Shown: in pieces, positions 24,913 through 38,785 of the stretch
Numbering within the stretch: the first letter of the stretch is position 1
How the letters are laid out: each line of letters begins with the position of its first letter
Assembly: GCA_003427395.1 (NCBI GenBank)
Contig: BFEA01000023.1
Location: 5,676,945 to 5,740,944 of the forward strand
DNA from: Chara braunii
Lineage: Eukaryota > Plantae > Charophyceae
Length of the DNA: 64,000 nt
Direction of reading: 5' to 3'
Made by a program: the position numbers and the translations under genes
Notes under the pieces: generated by a model
Seen by the model: the letters and a program-made list of their open reading frames with translations, nothing else
Told to the model about the DNA's origin: nothing
The model's database searches: none

Positions 24913-26019
24913 TATAATATATATATATATATAATATATATACATAGTGAGACAGAGCTGCCCTATATATCACATAGAAATTTTTTGACAAAAGGCTTTC
25001 TCTAATTCTCATTGGTCGGCTCTTCGATGCTTACATTTTTGGACAGTATCAAATATCAAAGTTAGTCAAACAGAGCTGCCCTATATGTCCCTTTGAAAGT
25101 TTTTGGACAAAAGGCTTTCTCTGCCCTATATGTCCCATAGAACTTTTTTTGACCAAAGGCTTTCTCTAATTCTCATTGGTCGTCTCTTCTATGCTTACAT
25201 TTTTGGACAGTATCAAATATCAAAGTTAATCAATCCACCAGTACTTGACCCAGCTATCCGCTGTGGAAAAAAATAGAGTAGAAACGTTTCACGGTGGATG
25301 AATTTGGGCGCTCCTGTAGTGGCCTGTACATTTCCTAAAATTGTGGCTTGTTAACGGGCACAACTTAAAGGAGTTCGTGTGGTTTAACAATTGCAGGAAT
25401 GGGCAACTCACAGACACCATCAGATTGCCCGCTCGCTGCAGTCACAGGGTACACAAACCGTCAGGACATTCTCAGTGCTCTCTCTGGGCATTGTTTTTTT
25501 TTTTACCACCTCGGACTGATACACGTAGAGATGTAACAGAGTGGGTGTGGCATGCCCTCCCTTCCAAGAACACCTACCACTCGCATTATCACCTCTCCAC
25601 ATTCTACCAATAACCACTTTCACCCCCCCATTGTTTTTACCCCTGCTCGCATCATTCTCTCTTCGGAATCTGCCCTTGACCTTGTGTCTGCATGTCCTGG
25701 CAAATGACATTCTCATCTCTGAGTGATGGGTAAAAACCATGAGCAGGGTGAGGGTTGGTTGCTGTCTAGACCAATCCAGTACCTCTCTATGGGTATGGGT
25801 ATCCAACTTAGAAAGCATCAGCGGCAAGCGATCTGGCTGTCACCCGGTGCTGCTGCAAACAGAAACTACGTAAATCCTACAGTCCACGGGACCAGACACC
25901 CGTCCACAGAGGGGAGAAAGTACACATTCTCTTGCCACTGGGGTCTATTTTGGGCACTTCTTTCCAGAACTCCTTAATTTTTTTTCCGACCAAGACATTT
26001 CCCTAACAGATTGTTCTTC

Positions 26020-26060
<41 letters not shown>

Positions 26061-26103
26061 CTTTCTTTCTTTCTTTCTTTCTTTCTGTCTAGTTTTCTTT
26101 GTT

Positions 26104-26138
<35 letters not shown>

Positions 26139-28120
26139 GAAAANNNNNNNNNNNNNNNNNNNNNNNNNNNNNNNNNNNNNNNNNNNNNNNNNNNNNNNNN
26201 NNNNNNNNNNNNNNNNNNNNNNNNNNNNNNNNNNNNNNNNNNNNNNNNNNNNNNNNNNNNNNNNNNNNNNNNNNNNNNNNNNNNNNNNNNNNNNNNNNNN
26301 NNNNNNNNNNNNNNNNNNNNNNNNNNNNNNNNNNNNNNNNNNNNNNNNNNTTTTTTTTTTTTTGAAGGCCCTTTGTGCAATCCTCTGTCCACGTCTCCCA
26401 ACTTTTGACTTAATTTTTCTGAGACGTTTCCCTAACACATCAATACCAGAGTTCTTCGTTGAACCGCCAGTTCACACAACCCTCCGTTGACAATGTGACC
26501 TTCCACGGCTTGTGCCTCGTGCCTCCAGCTTTCATCTCCATAGCGACCGTCCCTGTTCGCTACCAGCCCACGCATGCAGCATGTCATAGCCCCGGCTCTG
26601 CTTCGGACGAAATTAAGCTTCAAAGCTTGTGCGCCACAGACTTACTGTGCAGAGGCTCATCTTCGCGGGAACCGAGGCTTCAAGGCTCGCGGCCCACGGA
26701 CGCACTGTGCATATCTTCCCTGGAGGAGTGTCTATGGCTCCACAGCAAAAAGCTTTGTTTTTTCATGTTATATAATGATCCTCTGCCTTAGCTGGACAGG
26801 TTGGCTGTATGTGGCCGAAGCCACACGTTTATCAGACCAAAGTCACAAGCGCTCTGGAGCACAAGAAGACTGAACCACCAGACTGGACTGGACAACCACC
26901 CCTTCTCCCTTCTCGACGAAAACGTCTGAACTTCTGCCTGCATACAAGGAGAAGACGAGACATGGATAGGGCCAGCAGCAAGGGCCCAGGGGAGGCTGAA
27001 CCAGGTGCCATTATCAGGGCCCCGCTGAACTATGTTCATCCGCATTGTCTTGCGGTCTATATTGCAATAGACACGGAACCACCATTGTTTTAGCAGCCGA
27101 GACTGCCCCGTCCAAGCATAAACCCAAAAGCTCTTCGTATAGACGCCGATAAACAAAAGCCGAGACTGGCCCGTCCAAGCATAAACCCAAAAGTACTTCA
27201 TATAGACGCCGATAAACAAACTGAAAAGCTCCTACGGAGCCCGACCCAGTTGTTTGCCCAAAAGGTCAGAGAGCCGTCAGACATAAATAACTAGTCCACC
27301 TCATAGAAATGCGGCCTACGTTTCTCATAGCCGATAGGTAGGAAGGACGCTGGGGCAGGGACAGAAAAAAAATGGGGGGCAAAAGGATGCCCCTCACATC
27401 TCGCCAAATGTCGCAATTGGATGTGACGAAGGGTGTCACCATCCCCACATCAGACGGACAGATGCAGAGTGTCGGGCAAAATTTTATCTGACAGTTTAAG
27501 GTCTGCCGTGCTTCACCCGAGTACCAACTTATGGTCATTAGTGCTCCATCACATTTAGTACATAGACTAAAGATACCCCAAGCACAGCTATAATGAGCGT
27601 ACATTGAACTAAGGCAAAAGAGGACCAATAGCACATGCGGCGATTAAGCGTGAAAGATACCAGACCAATGCAATACATACATTTGGCCCGAAAGATACCC
27701 CAAAGTTACGCAAACACAGCTATAAGGATTGTGCAGCACACGTCGTATTCAGGTGAAGAAGTCAGCGGTCTGATAACAAAATGGTGGCCTTGTCGGTCTG
27801 CGCACCATTTTGAAACCTCCATTTGACTGACTCCCATCGGGAAAAAGTCCCAATACATTCATAATTTCATATATACAACGCGTGGCCCAAATTCTCCCTC
27901 GGATTCTCTAATTGTCATCCAATGCAGTTAGAAAACTAGTGGTTGAAATTTGAAATTCGAAACCACATGTTCACTGAACGAGCAGATCCCGTTCAAAATC
28001 TGAATGGAGTAGAGCTCCGTTCGAAAAACGGAGTTCAATCAATTGAACTCCCCCACGGATAATCAGAACCAGTCGCCGCAATCAGACGGCTGTATAAATA
28101 ACCAAACATGATGTATCAAT

Positions 28121-28217
28121 GGGACACTGGACCCAGTTTCTAGCAGGTGCTGCTCCCCACCAATAGACAGAGCCTTCCCGAGAGTGATAGTGTTGTCTGC
28201 TCCTATCAGCGCATCCC
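28121..28217 (-). ncRNA. Structured dispersed repeat, copy e (full length)
   Basis: Minus: GGGATGCG-CTGATAGGA-GCAG...CTGC-TA-GAAACTGGGTC-CAGTGTCCC. Confidence 0.55.
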
Positions 28218-28460
28218 TATCACCATCTCGGCTGTTCTTCTTATAAAGAAAGTATTAAAAAAAAAATCAGGTCCCAGAAGGCTGCAAAAAAAAAGAAGAA
28301 AAAAAGAGGGGGTGCATAGGATGTTGAATGGCACATCCCCATATTTGTTGTTTTATTTCTGGTGACTTGTTTTATATTTCAAAAAATCAAATACAGAAAA
28401 AGGCGCCGTCAGTGGGTTATGCTTGGTTTGGGGTTGTTTAGAGGCAGGAGGTTGGGCTAT

Positions 28461-28523
<63 letters not shown>

Positions 28524-28524
28524 N

Positions 28525-28617
<93 letters not shown>

Positions 28618-30399
28618 GGGCCATGCTAAGACCCCTGGACCCCCTTAAAGCCCTGACATCCGGAAGACCCTCTATGCCCAAGTGTTATAAGGGGGAGTGG
28701 GGTTTGAGGGGCTTACCACTTTAGTATTTTTCGGGGGCTCTGGGACACTGGGGGGTCAAGTTGCATCAGGGGTGTCACAGCCCACCCCCACACCCCCACA
28801 CCCCCAAAAGCATCATCTCCCTCGCCCCCCCCACCTTTGGAACTCTTTGCACCCCCTCGTAGCCCCCATGGTGCGCACCTTTGTGGGCCGCATGAGTTCT
28901 TTTTTTCTGCCTGTGCACACACCTGGCGCGTTTCAACATGATTGACGCGCGCACGAGGGGATTAAACACCCGCGTTTGAACGCGAACACACGTTCATGGC
29001 ATTCAGACCGCAACATAGGTCGAACTTACTGAGCCTTACACACCTGGCCCGTATTCCGTCGTATTCTCTAATTCTCTTCCAATGCAGCTCTCAAACAAGT
29101 GGTTAAACTGACCAAGACCGACTTACACGCGCATTCCATCATATTCTTTAATTGTCATCTATGCAATTCGAAAACAAGCGGTTGAACTGACTTGTACTTC
29201 AGCCACCTTAAGCTTGTGACCCTCCCTCAGGCAAATTAGCGAAGGAGTTTTTCGAGAAGTTCGAAGCAGGGGAGTTGCCGTTGCATGATAACAAGTGCCC
29301 TAAAGATATGTCGGGGAGGCAGGAGGGAGGAGGGGAAGCTTCCGGGACAATAGACAGAAGAAATCAAAGGGAAGAATTCCTGCTAGGTCCTTGATAGGAA
29401 TCATACTAACACTGCACATAGATAGCACGTAAGTTGATGAATTCCTGCTTCACCGGATAGACATGTCCATGTGGGAAGTCGTCCTCTTCATTGTCTAGGT
29501 CAATAACGAGGCCACTAAGTTCATACAAGACCCAGACCCAAGACGTCACAGCATGGGACAGTCGCTCACCAAAATCTCTATGGTCCCTCTGTAACTGCCA
29601 ACCGGTGGCAGAACCTATGTCTGCGATAACACAGCAGGAGAGAACATTTCAAAAAATGTCATCTAGTGGGCCTCTCTACACTACTCGCCACATGCACACA
29701 GAGAATCTAGTGAGTAACACACCCATTGATGAAACCAGATTGAGCAAACAACTAAAATTCCACACAATCTATCAGTTCGATAATTATGCCACCAGGCCAA
29801 CCGAAAACTATCGCCTCCAGACCTTCCACATTCCAAGGACAAAAAATAAATCAAACAACTCTATTGCAATCATCATTTCTCATTTTCAAGCTCACAGTTA
29901 TACCTTCACACCAAGAAAAACAAGAAAAAGCCACTCTGCTACAATCATCGTAGTATAATGAGAAATTTCATAAGATAACGCTACGTTCAGTGATAACACA
30001 GCACTTGACGAAAATATTGCAACGTTCCTCTAATTAGTGCCGGCCTTGACGAGCACAGTATCAAAATCAAAACCGCACCCTTACATAAAATCACAACGCA
30101 ACTAGCATACCGGAGCAGCGGACGTGCGGGACGCACCGCCCCTGGTTGCCCGAGTTTTAGTCGGACGACCTCAGTGTTTGCACTTTCAGGCGATCCCGAA
30201 TTCCAACCAATTGCAAACTTGGGGATCGTGTCCCCACATCTCGGATCAGCTGCCTGCATGAGACAATTGTCCGTCCCCAGAGAAACGTTTTGTTTCATGG
30301 CCTGGACGTCTGCTGGAGGTCACGGTCACGGTCACAGGCCGCCCAATCTGGACTGTTCTATCTTGGAGGTCATGTGACCTTAGATCGGACGGATCTGCT

Positions 30400-30925
30400 C
30401 CTGCAGTCGTGCTGCAGTTATGGGTGCATCTCCTGCTGCAGTCGTTGGCAACTGCTGCGGCAGTTGCAACTACCGGCAGCGGCATGGCCTGCAGCACCAC
30501 ATGCAGCAGCAGAGCAGCTGTCCTTGGGTGCCTCCGGCTGCAGTTGTGGCAGCCCGAAGCGGTGCAGATGTCACAGATGCCACGTCTGCTGCTGAAGCTG
30601 CAGCACTTGCCCAGCTGCTGCATCCCCAGCACCTGGTGCAGCAGATGCAACAGCAATGCGCAGCTGCTGCCACTGCACCTGCTGCATTTGCTGCAGCAGA
30701 TATTGCAGATGCAGCAGATGCCGCACCTGCAGCACCTTTTGCAGCAGCTGCTGCATCTACAGGAGCGGACCTGGGGAAATAACTCCACGGTGATACTGCA
30801 TACTGCAGCAGCAATGCTGCACCTGCTGCCACTGCGCCTGCTGCATCTGCTGCAGCAGATGCAGCAGGTGTCGCACCTGCAGCACCTTCCACAGCAGCTG
30901 CTGCATCTACAGGAGCGGACCCTCC
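30400..30925. repeat. CAG/CTG-rich minisatellite (two ~150-bp higher-order units)
   Basis: GCAGCAGCTGCTGCATCTACAGGAGCGGACC repeated. Produces low-complexity ORFs in several frames. Confidence 0.8.
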
Positions 30926-31970
30926 ACCCAACCCAACCTGTTAACACTTCTTTCTCGTCTTTCCTTCCAAATGAGCTGAATTTCTTTTTCACAGGCAAGA
31001 AACAGGAAGTGGGTAATGCGTCGCAGAAACGGTGGTGGATCTGGGCCGCCAATCTCTCAAGAATGGTCGCCCAGATCGGCTGGCTGCCCTTTTCAACCAA
31101 AGAAACGGGGCCTGCCGGACATCGTTTTCAGATTTCCAAGGTCGGTACCCTCCACAAGGTTGCAGGAGGCCTCCGGTGGCATTTTCACCCTGGTAAGCCT
31201 GCCCAGCTGGGATGCGCTGGTTCCAGCCGGGGGGGGGCAGCCAGGCCGGTCTGACCGGAACTGTTCCGGATTCGGGAGGGGCCGCCATGTGGACCGGCAA
31301 CCAGGACTCATACATAATATAATATTATATAATCATCAAATCAATACCTACAGCACACCACTCATGCTCCAGTTACTCTTTGTGCTGAATTCCCGCATTG
31401 GACTCCCGCATAAGAGCATGAAATTTATGAAAACAACTTTGCTGGAGCGGAACTATCTACTTTCTTCGAGTAACTCTGCTCAAGTTTTATTTTAAAATTT
31501 TGAAGCTTGAAGTTTAAAGTTTAAACAGCATTTCAGGATCTTCAAGCCAGAGTGAAAAAAAGAACACTTACTTCCGACGCAATGGGAGCAGCACAGTGAC
31601 CAGACACAGCCTTTGTCTGTAAGCAAAGGACAGGAGCACTGCAACTGTGTACCCAACTGGATGTTTCACTTGTGGCCAAATGATAAGAAGCAGATGAAGA
31701 GCTGGATCCTGAGGCTTGCAAATCTTCGGCGGATCTAGTTTATACACTTTCATCAGGCATCATGCAACCTCAAGCTGAGAGGAAAAGTACAGAGATTCGG
31801 TTTCCAGCCTGTATCTTAGCACAAACAAGTACAGAAAAGAAGATCAGAGCTTTGTTTCAATACTATGGGCATATCTGACAGCCAATCCTTCCCAATGGAA
31901 GAAGTCAGTGCAAACTATCACTACAATTCTGAAAAGAAGATTTGCAGGTGAAATAGGAAAAACCCGTTTC

Positions 31971-32060
31971 ATACCTTTCTCGGCCTTTTGGCTAAGTAAG
32001 ATCAAGTGTAGTATCTGTTCTGATCGGTTTAATATCTGATCCGTGGTCCATCGGACCACA
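31971..32060 (+). pseudogene. U2: U2 snRNA retropseudogene (5' ~86 nt plus a 4-nt duplication, then an A-tail)
   Basis: ATACCTTTCTCGGCCTTTTGGCTAAG[TAAG]ATCAAGTGTAGTATCTGTTC..GTGGTCCATCGGACCAC followed by an A-run. No Sm site. Similar AGGAAAA..CCC..TC flanks may be a TSD. Confidence 0.92.
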
Positions 32061-32551
32061 ATAAAAAAAAAAGAGGAAAAGTCCCTAGTCATGACCCGCC
32101 AGGCAATTTACCGGGGGTCTGTCTCAGGGCATGCCCCTAGTCATGTACTAGAAGAGAAAAAAAACGGAACTTAGCAAAGAAAGTATAATTGAAGGAATGA
32201 GCATATACAAATTAGATCCATGTACTTTCTTTATAGGTTTAAGATTGTTCTTATTCACAAATATTATACCACGAAAATCCCGTATGTGTGTGTGTGTGCT
32301 TGGGCGTGTGTTTTGTCATATTCGCTATACACTCGAAAAAAACATGACTGCACCAGACTGTTTCATCGGACTTTCACACAGAGAGAGAGAGAGAGATGAG
32401 AAAACGTGCACGCATGCATCTGTGTATGTTTGTGAGAGAGAGTGAGAAAGAGAGAGAGAGGGAGAGAGAGAGAGAGAGAATGTGCATAAGTGCCCCTGTG
32501 TGTGTGCGTGTGTCATCATATTCACTATACACTTAAGAAGCATAAGAGTGC

Positions 32552-32608
32552 CAGATCGTTTCGTCGGACTTTCACCGGCTCATCAGGAGGTTGAACCCCG
32601 ACAGTCTA
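32552..32608 (-). ncRNA. Type III hammerhead ribozyme (family B)
   Basis: Minus: TAGACT-GTC^-GGGGT-TCA-ACCTC-CTGATGA-GCCGG-TGAAAGT-CCGAC-GAA-ACGATCTG. The conserved core is complete, with one mismatch each in stems II and III. Confidence 0.8.
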
Positions 32609-32783
32609 CCCAGGATTCATTTGACTGATGGACAAGGACTCACCACATCGCCCAGAGTTTCTGACACCCCTGAGAAAAGTGGTCGACTTTACTCACACCA
32701 ACCTCGCAATCCTGTGTGTGTGTGCGCGCGAGTGTGTCTGTGTGTGTGTGTGTGAACGTGTTCGCACGCCTGTGTGTGCGTGC

Positions 32784-32849
<66 letters not shown>

Positions 32850-32850
32850 N

Positions 32851-32953
<103 letters not shown>

Positions 32954-33593
32954 CACACACGTACAATGGTCCGCCTAGGGTGCCAGACCATGGAGATCGA
33001 AAAGGTTCAGAGTAGAACAGGCCAGAGGGATAGGATAGTTAAATAGAGGTCTGCTGAGAAGCGGAAAGCCCAGCTGCAGTTGCTGAGAAGGTACTGCCCT
33101 GGGAGACCCCCGACTGGAAGGAATGCAGTATTTACACTCAATAAACACACAGGGAAACAAACATGCCTTTTGACACCATGAATGAGAAGGTTCAACAATC
33201 GAGGATTGCGAAGTCGACAATATTGTTACAAACTTGAAAACAATACATGAAACATGAAGTAGTTTGTTGCCTTTTCACCCACTTAATCCCCATGCAAAGC
33301 GTCCTCCGCGATGGGGGGGTATCCCGTCACCGGAAGGCTTCAACATCACACTAAAATCCACAAACGCGTCCATCTCCAGATGCCACGCCCCTCCTCGCCA
33401 GAGTCTCCGCAGTTCAATATCACCAAAGCTAACAGGGAAGCACAGGTCTTGAGAAAACGGAGTGGGTAGGCTTTCCGATACAACAGCAGGCATTCGAAAC
33501 GATGCCATACAGAAGTTCTTCAAGAATGACAGACAGATCAGAGCTCCCACATCTTATAGCAATTCCGGTGTCGGTAACCCCAAAGACTGTTGA

Positions 33594-33772
33594 TACCTCG
33601 TTACGACTGCAACATGGCTGCAGTTCACAGACACACAGAGGCAACAACAACGAGCAAAAAAAGAACCAGAGAGTCAAAGGCTTGTACCTCATTACGACTG
33701 CAACATGGCTGCAGTTCACAGACACACAGAGGCAACAACAACAAGGAGCAAAAAGAACCAGAGAGTCAAAGT
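33594..33772. repeat. Tandem duplication (~91 bp)
   Basis: TACCTC(G/A)TTACGACTGCAACATGGCTGCAGTTCACAGACACACAGAGGCAACAACAA..AGAGTCAAAG occurs twice. Confidence 0.85.
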
Positions 33773-34669
33773 CAGGAAGCCTTCAGGAAGGGAACTGGCA
33801 GCTCAACTCAATCATTGACAAAGCCTCAAGGCATACTAAGCTGAGGCCCAGAGGTGTTGTGGCATAGCTTTCCTGATCATTTAGTGCCCTAAAACCTCTG
33901 CATTCAAATTCAGATTACTCAGAGCAGTCTCACATATGGCGACGCATTTCAAAGCAGGGTTGTCACGGTCCACATGACAGCTCTTAACTAATGTCTCTGA
34001 CTCACAGTTTCGCGACTTCTCAACGGCTCCGGTTTCAGTCAACCACCTGCATCACCATTCCTCTTCTAAAGGGAGCAGTCCTGCTCCCACGCGAGACTCC
34101 ACCGCCCTGCTTTGGGAAAGGAGTGGGCCCAGAATGGGCATGGCAACCAAAAGAAAATAAAATGAATTGCCTGCACCTTTTGCAGGGGGCTGTATCACCT
34201 TGCTTTTTTGCAGGTCGGCAGCGCCGTTTTCTTTGCACCCGACCAAAGGAAGAAAAAACAAAAAAGTGAGTCGCACGCGCCTTTTTAGCAGGCTGTGTTT
34301 TTTGTTTTTTTTTTCGCGGGTAGGCCGTGTTGTTTTCTTTGTGCACAACAGGTCTTCGGCCCGGGGGAAGCACTCTTTGGAAAGCGAGTGCGATTGTTGA
34401 GTCAGGGAGCGCTGCGCTCGCGCCGCACTCGGGCTGAGTCGTCTTTTTTGGGTAGAGCAACTGCTGCTGCAGGTTGCTGACAAAAACACAACCGCCACGC
34501 TCGGGCTGACGTCTTTTATGGGGAGGGCAATTGTGAAGATCCTGCGGCAATCGGAGAGCAGCCTTCAAGGCGTGCCTTTGGCTCTCGCGTTCATCTGCTT
34601 GCCAGACCTGAAGTAGACATTCAATTGAACGAGGAGCCAAATTCGACACGGAAACTCCCCATCGTGGGG

Positions 34670-35640
34670 GGAAGAGGGATACAAGGAGGAAGAGACAGAG
34701 AATATCTGAGGAGGAGACGGCGGAGATAAGGTAGAGCAGAAGGGAGGACAGGAAGAAGGGAGACGACAGGAAAAGGAGAGGCGGATGTAGAGGAGAAGAG
34801 ACGGAGACAATCAAAAGGAGAAGTGCGGCTGAGTAGGCGTCAGGGAGGAGGAGGCCGAAGAGGAAGACGAGCAGGAAGGAAAACAAGGGACAAGGAATAA
34901 AAGACGGACAGGAGGAAGAAGACAAGGAGGAGGAAGAAAGGCACGGAACAGAAGACGATAAACGAGATGAGGACGACGAATTGCGACGCACAGGAGGAGG
35001 AAGACAAGCAGCAGGAAGGAAGACGAGGAGGGGAAAGGAAGGACCACACAAGACAAGGGACAAGGGATACGAGACTGACAGGAACAGGAAGGAAGACGAG
35101 GAAGGGAACGGAAGGACAACAAACATTATCCAAGACAGACTACAAGACGAGGAGAAAGGAAGACAATGATGACGAAGGAAAGGAGCACAGAGGAAAGTAA
35201 GAGGACGGCGAGGATGAGGAGGAGAAGCGAGACTGAGTACACAGGCAAGGAGGAGGGAGAAGACTGTGACAACTACGAAGTTAAAGAATTGTAGTGGAGG
35301 AGGGGCCACGAGGACAGCAAGGAGGATGAGAGAGTGCAGAAGATGACAACGCTCTACGGCGATGAAACAGTCTGGCACAATCATGCTTTGATTGTGGAGT
35401 TACGAATAGCAAACATGACACAAACACGAGACTGCACATTGAAGAGGACGACTGTGGACGAGGAAGAGCAGCTGGAGGGGGGGGAGGAGAACGAGGGGAG
35501 GATGGAGGGAGGGAAGGAGGGGGAGGCTGCAACCAGCGGGCATTCACGTCAATGGACGAGGATAACAACGATGGATAGAGGAGAAAAGGATGGAGGGAGG
35601 ACAACAAGTGAGGAAGGGCGCGAACGGGCGGCAATGAGGT
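34670..35640. repeat. Purine-rich (GGA/GAC/AGA) low-complexity tract
   Basis: Strong purine bias. The long ORF 34035-35384 is compositionally spurious. Confidence 0.8.
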
Positions 35641-35659
35641 CGACGGCGACATTAAGAAA

Positions 35660-36190
35660 TAGCTAGGAGGGACACGGAACGGGGCGGAAGAGGGAAGCAG
35701 AGAGAATGATGGACCAAGGAGGATCGTCTTTCTTTTTTTCTTTTTCTTATGGCCTTTCTTTTTTTCATTTTTTTTGATGGCCTGATGAGTCCGTTAAAAT
35801 CCAACGTAATAACAGTTCGGCACAAATAGCAAAGTAGGAGGGTCACGGAACGGGGCGGAAGAGGGAGGACGGCGATAACAATGGAGGGAGGAGGGAAGCA
35901 GAGAGAATGATGCACCAGAGAGGATCGTCTTTCTTTTCTTCTTTTTCTTATGGCCTTTCTTTTTCTCATTTTTTTGATGGCCTGATGAGTCCGTTAAAAT
36001 CCAACGTAATAACAGTCCGGCACATGCCCGCTTTTGGGCAGTTGGGTATGACGAACATGACAACACACACACGCAACTCACACACAAACAGTCCGGCACA
36101 GTCATGCTTTTTTTGTGGGATTGCGTATAGCAAACATAACACACAGCCCGCCTCATGAGTCGATGAAAGTCCAATGAAACAGTCTGACAC
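35660..36190 (+). repeat. ~200-bp tandem repeat plus degenerate family B hammerhead copies
   Basis: GGCCTGATGAGTCCGTTAAAATCCAACGTAATAACAGT(T/C)CGGCACA at ~35779 and ~35979; CCTCATGAGTCGATGAAAGTCCAATGAAACAGTCTGACAC at ~36150. Confidence 0.65.
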
Positions 36191-36241
36191 ATGTGGAGTA
36201 TTCTATGGCGGATGGCCCCCAACGCACACATACACACAGAG

Positions 36242-36308
<67 letters not shown>

Positions 36309-36859
36309 ACGTCACCCAGAGTTCGGGATACCCCCCACATCAGTTAGTCTGAGAAACTGATTTATCACAGCTATAGAACCCACTCTAAACACATGTATGC
36401 GTGTATGCATGCCTACATAGCAGAAGCTCGACATGAGCCACAGGCAAAGCTGCAGCGGGTCAATTGTGCAACTAGTGCATGTTTCACTGCCCATATCGCA
36501 CCTCTTGCATTAAGGACAGGCATTCGACGTTCTTCACAGCCAAATCTCTCCACGGCCGCGTTGGAGAAATTTGGCTGTTCGCAGCCCTTAGGCTGCGGTA
36601 TAGTGTGCTTCCACGTCTGTGTCAAGGTGTCGCACTTTCAGTGGCGGGCGACCAGGACGCAAAGTGGGTTCTTAGGGGACAAATGTTTTTTGGGGACCGG
36701 TCCTTGGCAAAATTGCGGACTACCTACAGCTAGCTCTTCTAGAACCGGGACTTTTGGAAAAACGAAGGACCGGCCCTCGGGTGGAAGTGGACCCAAAAAA
36801 GAAGTGGGGGGGATTGGACCTGTCCTCGGGTAGAAGAGGACCCCAAAAAGAAGTGAGGA

Positions 36860-36917
36860 CACGTGGGCGCGGGGAACGCAGCCCTAAGGTAGCCAAATCA
36901 ATGAGACTAAGAGCTGA

Positions 36918-36961
<44 letters not shown>

Positions 36962-38506
36962 TCCATTTATTGTTATGAGTGTGAGAGAGAGAAAGAAATA
37001 GAGAGAGAGGGANNNNNNNNNNNNNNNNNNNNNNNNNNNNNNNNNNNNNNNNNNNNNNNNNNNNNNNNNNNNNNNNNNNNNNNNNNNNNNNNNNNNNNNN
37101 NNNNNNNNNNNNNNNNNNNNNNNNNNNNNNNNNNNNNNNNNNNNNNNNNNNNNNNNNNNNNNNNNNNNNNNNNNNNNNNNNNNNNNNNNNNNNNNNNNNN
37201 NNNNNNNNNNNNNNNNNNNNNNNNNNNNNNNNNNNNNNNNNNNNNNNNNNNNNNNNNNNNNNNNNNNNNNNNNNNNNNNNNNNNNNNNNNNNNNNNNNNN
37301 NNCGAGTACTCCAATTTTCAGGTTTTTTCACGCATTCTTCTGAGCGTGAAAACTCACTGAATTTGGAGTACTTTTTTAGTTGGCCCAGGCATGGCTGAGT
37401 GGCAAAAATAGAAAATGTGCTGAATCGGCGCGACCATTATTTCGCAGTCTAAAAGATTTTTTGTAAATGTTCTACTATTATTTCTGGAAAGAACACGACC
37501 TCATCTATGGATTCTCAAAATTTCAGATTTTTGTGCATGTTCGTCTTGACCTTCCTTTTAGGGGTCGGCCTCAACCCGAGGACCGGTCCTTGCTTTTTCC
37601 AAAAGTCCCTGTCATTCGAGTTCTAGAGCTGCCTGTTCCCAGCCCTAAGGCTGCAGTATAGTGTGCTTCCGCATCTGTGTCAAGGTGTCGCATTTTTGGC
37701 GGGGGGCGACCAGGACGCAAAGTGGGTTCTTAGGGGGCAAAAAAATTTGGGGGACCGGTCCTCGCCAAAATTGCGGACTACCTACAGCTAGTTCTTCTAG
37801 AACCGGGACTTTTGGAAAAACGAAGGACCGGTCCTCGGGTGGAAGTGGAACCCCAAAAAGAAGTGGGGGGCATTTGACCAGTCCTCGAGTAGGCGGACCA
37901 AGAAGTGAGGGCATGTGAACTGCAAAAGGGCCCTCAGGCCCAGGCGTTGAGCCCCGTCTTCTCAAAACAGGGAGGTCAGGCACAACGAAACAGGCATTTT
38001 GCAAGAGGCAACTTTGGCGATTTTCTGTGCTCAGAAGAACATGCACAAAAATCTGAAATTTTGAGAATCCATAGATGACGTCGTGTTCTTTCCAGACTTT
38101 GGCGATTTTCTGTGCTCAGACGAACATGCACAAAAATCTGAAATTTTGAGAATCCATAGATGACGTCGTGTTCTTTCCAGAAATAATAATAGAACATTTA
38201 CAAAAAATCATTTAGACTGCGAAATAATCGTCCCGCCAATTCAGCACATTTTCCATTTTTGTCACTCAGCCATGCCTGGGCCAACTAAAAAAGTACTCCA
38301 GATTCAGTGAGTTTTCGCGCTCAGAAGAATGTGTGAAAAAACCTGAAAATTGGAGTACTCGTAGACTTTGTTGTGATCTTTCCAGGAAAAACGCTACATA
38401 AATTTTAAAAAATCATTCCAACTGCGAAATAGATTGCGGCCGCAATTTGACCCATAAATTTTGCCATTCAGCCTCTCTCTCTCTCTCTCTCTTATCAGCA
38501 AATGGA

Positions 38507-38546
<40 letters not shown>

Positions 38547-38645
38547 GTCCCCGCCCCCCCTCTATCTCTTTCTCTCTCTGGTAGGCCCCCCTCCTCCCTC
38601 TCTCTCTATTTCTTTCTCTCTCTCACNNNNNNNACAATAAATGGA

Positions 38646-38727
<82 letters not shown>

Positions 38728-38785
38728 TTAGTTATTAGTCTCATTGATTTGGCTACCTTAGGGCTGCATTTCCCGCGCCCACGCG
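36860..38785. mobile_element. Foldback element with ~680-bp terminal inverted repeats
   Basis: 36860-37011 inverts to ~38596-38785 and 37303-37546 inverts to 38117-38361 (an N gap lies in the left arm). The core holds a direct copy of 36581-36860. Confidence 0.75.

Noticed and set aside
30246-31254. 281-284 aa Gln/Leu- or Cys-rich ORFs
   Set aside because: Open in multiple frames because of CAG/CTG repeats; no domain.
34035-35384. 449-aa ORF
   Set aside because: Low-complexity pyrimidine strand of a purine tract.
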